From positions 1-64,000 of IMG/VR virus record IMGVR_UViG_3300044713_000232: a stretch of DNA of 64,000 nt; one strand, 5' to 3'. The notes under the pieces are model-generated. The model did not search any database. It was not told the origin of the DNA and saw only the letters and a list, made by a program, of their open reading frames with translations. Shown here piece by piece: positions 59,083 through 64,000 of this stretch. This DNA comes from a virus. Position 1 is the first letter of the stretch, and each line of letters opens with the position of its first letter. The position numbers were made by a program, and so were the translations under genes.

Positions 59083-60016
59083 TCCTCTTATCGAGCCACT
59101 CGAAGCAGAAGGCGGCCACCACGAGTAGCGTCAGAAACACCCCCGTCGGTAGCAGCACCCACCAGATTAGGAACCTCCACATCTCCGCGAGGAAGCTACT
59201 CACGTGACGCCTGCAACGCTGCGGTGCTCCTGGCTGTCATCCCGCGGCTCCAGGTTGTGAATGTGTCGGCCAGACGCCCGAAGCCGACGCCTAGCTTCAG
59301 ATACCGCTTTGGGTAGCGTCGTGGCTTCCAGTACAGCTTGTCGCCGCGATTCAACGACGCGTTGGCGAGCTTCAAGAAGCCACCGGCAATCCACAGCGCC
59401 GCAGCACTTGTCTCGAGCGCCACGAGAGCCCAGATGAAGAGTAGCGTCTTCACGCGCGCGCCTTTCTTTCCACGAGCGCTTGCTCGTTGATAACCCGCGC
59501 GATGGCATTGCGCATGCGCAGCCTCTCGCCGTAGCCGGCTTCGATGTCGATGTAGCGCCGCTTGGCGACGGGTGTGTTGTAGGGAGCGTTGTCGACGATG
59601 TCGTCGATGCGTACGCGGATGGTGCGGCGCGCGACGCGCTCGAAACGCGGTTCGTGGTTACCCTCGAAACTCATCGCGTCGGCTCCACTCCGCGCCTAAC
59701 GCGCACGTGCGTTGCGCGGCGCGCTTCTTCCTGCGCGGTGTTCCACGGCGCCTTCGTGCGAATCTTACGCCCTCGTGCGTCGATACCCACTACGCGGTAA
59801 GGTCGGGGCGTCATGAAAGTCGTGTGACTGACCCGCGCGCCTTTGCCCCAAGGCGCCCCTTCGACTTCGACGCTAGGGTCTTCCTGTTCGTAATCGTTCT
59901 CGTGCATCGCCGTCTTCACCTCCGGCTTCGAGCCTCTTGCTGTTGGGCTCTATGAGAGCTATACATTCAGTCCGCGGTGAGCGCAAGCTCGCGGGTGAAG
60001 GAAACGGGGAACCGAC

Positions 60017-61465
60017 ATGTCGACGAAAACCAAGGCGCCTTCCAGCGCCAAGAAACCTACATCTACCGATAAGTGGCAGAACCTCCTCGTCACAGGGCAT
60101 ACGAAAAGCGGTTCCTACGTAAAGAGCTGCGGAGCGAACGTGAGCATCATCCTCTGCCACGACCCGAGGTGGAAGGACACGCTCGCCTACGACGAGCTGG
60201 GGGGCAACATCGTCTTCCGTAAGGAGCCGCCGTGGCTCGCCGAGGACCGTATCGGGAAGCAGAGCGGCGCTACGTGGCAAGATGACGATGCGGTACGGCT
60301 TTCGCACTGGCTCGCACGAAGCACGTGGGAGATCAACGTACACTCTGCGACGGTACAGGAGATCGTCAGCGTCGTCGCGAAGCGCAACGGCTTCCACCCC
60401 ATCAAGGAGTGGTTCGACACATTGAAGCACGACGGCAAGAAGCGTATCGACGATTGGGCTATCAGGCTTGCCGGCGCCGAGGACAACGAAGTCAACCGCG
60501 CCATCTGCGCCAAGTTCCTCATCGGCGCCGTCGCGCGCGTCTACGAACCGGGGTGCAAGGTCGATACGGTCCCCATCTTCGAGGGGGAGCAGGGGGCCGG
60601 CAAGTCGACGATGCTGCGCGAATTGTGCCCGTCGACGGAATGGTTCCTCGAGACCTCCATCGAGCTCGGTAACAAGGACAGCTTCCAGCTACTTCGGGGC
60701 AAGTGGATCATCGAGCTCGCCGAACTCGACTCCCTGAACCGCAGCGAGCTCTCTCGCGTCAAGGCGTACATCACGAGCCAGAACGATACCTACCGAAAGA
60801 GCTACGGCCGCATCGCGCAGACGTTCCAGCGCATGTGCGTTTTCGCTGGCACCACGAACGCCGATGAGTACCTGAAGGACGACACCGGCGCACGCCGCTT
60901 CTGGCCTATGCGCATTACACGCGTCGACATCGCGGCGCTGCACGCAGAGCGCGATCAGCTCTGGGCCGAGGCCGTTGCGCGGTATCGCAAACGAGAGCGG
61001 TGGCACCTCACCGATATGCGCCTGATGAAAGAATTCGAGAAGGTGCAAGAGACGCGTCGCCAGTTGGACCCCTGGGAGCCCATCATCAAGCGCTACTTCG
61101 ATCTCGGATACGACGTTGTCATCGACAAGTACAACGACGAGCGACGGCACTACTCGCCCCCGGGCAAGAGCGTCAGCATGGCGACCATCCTCACCGGGCC
61201 CCTGGGCATAGAGCCCGCGCGCATCACGCGCTCGGAGCAGATGAGAGTGAGCGCCATCCTCAAGAAACTGGGGTGGGAACGTCGGCGAACGTACATCGGC
61301 AGTGCGCACGCGGGCTATGAGTACGTCAGACCCGATAAGAGCCCCGAAGCTCTACAGGAGGGCGGAAAGAGAGCTCAAGTGATAAAACTAGCGGAAAAGA
61401 AGGCTGGTAGCCGACCATCCCTAAACTCACCGGCACACCTCAAACCCCAGGGGAATAATTCGTAG
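60017..61465 (+). CDS. VapE/VirE-family replicative helicase-like ATPase
   Basis: FHPIKEW, PGCKVD, GEQGAGKST, IELAEL, FAGTTN, DDTGARRFWP, DQLWAEA. Confidence 0.9.
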   Translation: MSTKTKAPSSAKKPTSTDKWQNLLVTGHTKSGSYVKSCGANVSIILCHDPRWKDTLAYDELGGNIVFRKEPPWLAEDRIGKQSGATWQDDDAVRLSHWLARSTWEINVHSATVQEIVSVVAKRNGFHPIKEWFDTLKHDGKKRIDDWAIRLAGAEDNEVNRAICAKFLIGAVARVYEPGCKVDTVPIFEGEQGAGKSTMLRELCPSTEWFLETSIELGNKDSFQLLRGKWIIELAELDSLNRSELSRVKAYITSQNDTYRKSYGRIAQTFQRMCVFAGTTNADEYLKDDTGARRFWPMRITRVDIAALHAERDQLWAEAVARYRKRERWHLTDMRLMKEFEKVQETRRQLDPWEPIIKRYFDLGYDVVIDKYNDERRHYSPPGKSVSMATILTGPLGIEPARITRSEQMRVSAILKKLGWERRRTYIGSAHAGYEYVRPDKSPEALQEGGKRAQVIKLAEKKAGSRPSLNSPAHLKPQGNNS

Positions 61466-61539
61466 GGGGTACAGAGTATTCTGTATGGATCTTTCTGTTC
61501 CACTCAGCTTAGGGTTGGTAGGTTACTAAAGGGGAAAAG

Positions 61540-61968
61540 ATGCGTAGATATTACCTCTGGGGCAGCATCGTTCCGGGCAGTACTCTCGAAGGGCTCGAGG
61601 GCTTCATCTACCTCGCCCAACTCGTGGACGCCGACGGGCCGGGGCTCCTCAAGATCGGCTGGTCCACGAGTCCCCCGAAACGGGTGGCGTTCATCTTGGC
61701 GCAGATGAGGCGCTACGCGGCCCCCGCCAAGCCCGATCTTAGACTGCTCAAAGTCTTCGTCGGCTCGCGTAAGGATGAGACCGCTCTCCACCGCGCTCTA
61801 CGTAAGAAGTACCAGGACTACAACGGGTACATAGGCACCGGCGACAGTTGGCGGGAGTGGTACAGCCCCGCGCAGGAGGTACAGGAGACCTTCGACAGCC
61901 TGGCCTCCGAACGTGGAGGGTTACTGGAGTGGAAGAGCATGAAGTTTCCGGTAGAGGTATCCAAGTGA
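61540..61968 (+). CDS. T5orf172/GIY-YIG-like nuclease
   Basis: FIYL...KIGWS..P.KR...E.ALH....REW. Confidence 0.75.
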   Translation: MRRYYLWGSIVPGSTLEGLEGFIYLAQLVDADGPGLLKIGWSTSPPKRVAFILAQMRRYAAPAKPDLRLLKVFVGSRKDETALHRALRKKYQDYNGYIGTGDSWREWYSPAQEVQETFDSLASERGGLLEWKSMKFPVEVSK

Positions 61969-62230
61969 GCCGCTGGGTCTTCTTCGGCATTGGGGGTACC
62001 CCGTGGCTCATCGTCGAGGCCCCGTGGTGGTTCCTGGCGCGCGCTGTAGCGCTTCGTGAGACAGGCCTACAGCCTGACCAGATGTACGACTACGAGACGC
62101 TCGTACACGCAGCGGATATAACCGTCTCGTGGGCGGGCTCAGCAGCCGGTACGCCAAACGACTTACGCGTTGTCGAGACGCGCAACCCCGACTACAAGCG
62201 ACGCATCGTAGGGGATACAGGAGGTACTAC

Positions 62231-62611
62231 GTGAGTGACGACGGCAAGAAGGTGATCACCGAGAGCGACAAGCAGACGGTGTACTGCCTCGACGCGTTGC
62301 TCGACACCGTCAACCTCTTGGCTGCCAAGGGCTACCCCGGCAAGGCCGTCGGGCAGGCACTTCTGACAACGCTGGCGCGCTTCATCGGCCAGCAGTCGGA
62401 GCCTTTAGCAACACTCGTCGTGTGCATCCGTGCTGTCGGTATCTGCGTCGTCGGCGAGATGCGCCAACGGGGCCATATCGTGGATAATGCCGCCGTCGAG
62501 CGCGCTTACGCCGCTGCGGCAGATTCCACTGTAGAGATCGTGAGGCTCGACGAGGAGACGTTGAAGCAAACAGCTGGCGGCGGTGGTGCCGACGGCGGTA
62601 AGAGCAACTAA
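62231..62611 (+). CDS. Hypothetical protein
   Basis: GGAGG SD before GTG 62231. Confidence 0.5.
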   Translation: MSDDGKKVITESDKQTVYCLDALLDTVNLLAAKGYPGKAVGQALLTTLARFIGQQSEPLATLVVCIRAVGICVVGEMRQRGHIVDNAAVERAYAAAADSTVEIVRLDEETLKQTAGGGGADGGKSN

Positions 62612-63099
62612 TGCTGGTGAAGGTTCGTAAGGGGCGCGGCGTCGATGTCGCTATGCCCGACGGTACCATCTGCGCTGTGATGTGCATCGACCCTAGCTAT
62701 CGATTCTTTAGACTCGTCGGCGAAGAGTACGAAGGGAGATTGTACCCCCGTCGATACTTCCACGAGGGCAACCCCGACAAGCTATGGCTAGACTGCATCG
62801 ATAGCGGTAGCGGTACAGATGCCCTGCGAGCGTTGCACGTGGGCGCTATCTATCCGTGCGCGGACCCAGCCAAGTGGGCTGACGGGCACGGCGTCGTGGA
62901 ATTGCCTTGCCGTCCGGGGTACTTCTACAGCCCCTCGCGCTTCAAAGTCGTACCGTTCCCAGCGCCGCCCGATGGCGCCGCAGGCGATGATATCGAGCCA
63001 GAACACAAGATGGCGTTGATGGCGTTCTTCAAAAAGCCGCAGCACGATGACTTGTGCCGGAGCTGTGGCGCCCCGAGGCCCTGCGCATACCATGGCTAA
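62611..63099 (+). CDS. Hypothetical protein with C-terminal Cys/His cassette shared with 13610..14248
   Basis: Ends ALMAFFKKPQHDDLCRSCGAPRPCAYHG. Confidence 0.6.
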   Translation: MLVKVRKGRGVDVAMPDGTICAVMCIDPSYRFFRLVGEEYEGRLYPRRYFHEGNPDKLWLDCIDSGSGTDALRALHVGAIYPCADPAKWADGHGVVELPCRPGYFYSPSRFKVVPFPAPPDGAAGDDIEPEHKMALMAFFKKPQHDDLCRSCGAPRPCAYHG

Positions 63100-63646
63100 C
63101 ACACTCCTCATCCCGATTGTGCCCCAGCAACACCGCGGATACCTCATCGAGTACTCCGGATGCTACGGAGCCGTCGTAGCGACTGTGCGCTCGCCGGGAG
63201 TAGCTGACGCGCTACACGAGGTCTCCCCGCGGGGCTCCGTGGAGTACGCCGAGCGCGCCGCGCGCGAGTGGATTGACGCGCGAGTCAACTACGACGGGCT
63301 ACGTACTCGTCTCGAACGAGAAGCCGCCGACGCCCAGCGCGCTAAAGAGGCAAGCTACCGAGAATCGGCGAAGCCGCCTACTCCGCCGGAGCGCTACGGA
63401 TTCATCAGCTGCCCACACAACCGCGTCAAGCCGCACATGTGCGCGACGCCCGGTTTCTTCGCTAGGCTCTTCACCGACGTGCGGGAGGGCGATATGTGGC
63501 GATGCGCAACGTGCGGCAAGGCCTGTGTCTGGAAGAGATACGGAGATTGCGCGGGGTGGGTGGAAGCGTCGCTTGCCGAGTGGCGCGAGGCGTGCGCCAA
63601 AGCCGCCGACGGCGCCGACGATGATGGCGATAGCGTCGTAGGCTAA
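63092..63646 (+). CDS. Hypothetical protein with Zn ribbon
   Basis: Coupled start; HMC...WRCATCG. Confidence 0.5.
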   Translation: MANTLLIPIVPQQHRGYLIEYSGCYGAVVATVRSPGVADALHEVSPRGSVEYAERAAREWIDARVNYDGLRTRLEREAADAQRAKEASYRESAKPPTPPERYGFISCPHNRVKPHMCATPGFFARLFTDVREGDMWRCATCGKACVWKRYGDCAGWVEASLAEWREACAKAADGADDDGDSVVG

Positions 63647-63651
63647 GTCAG

Positions 63652-63912
63652 ATGCGTGGCTTGACGAGCGAAGAGTACACGGCGCTGAAGGCGTGCGCCC
63701 CCGGCTTCCCCGATAAGACGCTGGATGACTCCGAGATACCTCTGTACGACGGTCTCGCGACGAGAGGGCTGCTACGCGAAGAAACCTACATATTCCAGAA
63801 AGTGGTAACAGACCCCGACGGCTCCGTGTGGGATGAGGAGTGGGAACGTACCAACTACCATCTCACCGCGCTAGGCGCGCTGATGATACGCGTCTATGAG
63901 ACTACAGTCTGA
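63652..63912 (+). CDS. Hypothetical protein (wHTH-like)
   Basis: L.SEEY.AL...L..RGLL...YHLTALG. Confidence 0.45.
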   Translation: MRGLTSEEYTALKACAPGFPDKTLDDSEIPLYDGLATRGLLREETYIFQKVVTDPDGSVWDEEWERTNYHLTALGALMIRVYETTV

Positions 63913-64000
63913 CGCGCCAACTGGTGGCGACTGCCTCGACGCGCCCCTCGCCGAACACATCGCAGACTGCACGCTTCAAGTGCGGCTGGTCGTAGTCGTG

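Noticed and set aside
1-64000. tRNA, rRNA, diversity-generating retroelement, retron, or stop-codon reassignment
   Set aside because: No cloverleaf or rRNA-like sequence and no reverse transcriptase recognised; conserved genes are full length in the standard code and many end properly at TAG.

Overview
The whole window looks viral: GC-rich, densely coding, mostly on the minus strand, with no host housekeeping operons, tRNA, rRNA or CRISPR array. It has a replication/recombination kit typical of tailed phages: family A DNA polymerase with an N-terminal uracil-DNA glycosylase domain, intein-containing SNF2 helicase, RecD/Dda-like helicase, Sak4-like ATPase plus SSB, Cas4-like exonuclease, VapE-type helicase and a tyrosine recombinase. 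It also carries nucleotide-metabolism genes (thyX, dcd, dATP/dGTP diphosphohydrolase, deoxyribosyltransferase-like, SLOG, adenine methylase), several homing endonucleases, GroES, two KGG stress proteins and myxobacterium-style lipoproteins. The putative morphogenesis block (~22.3-40 kb) has no recognisable terminase, portal, HK97 capsid or tail genes. Instead it has candidate beta-rich capsid proteins, a very Arg/Lys-rich core protein, many tail-anchored membrane proteins and a transglutaminase-fold Cys-His-Asp enzyme. A G-[VILMF]-G-[AQS] motif recurs across these proteins, and a chagasin-like protease-inhibitor gene sits antisense inside the block. My inference is a large, tailless, probably internal-membrane virus of a Myxococcota-like host that matures its virion proteolytically. 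Other notable signals: many leaderless promoters, an HNH insertion that duplicated and recoded the helicase C-terminus, two spikes sharing one anchor domain, and a Zn-finger cassette shared by two distant genes. All product calls come from motifs read by eye; no database searches were run.
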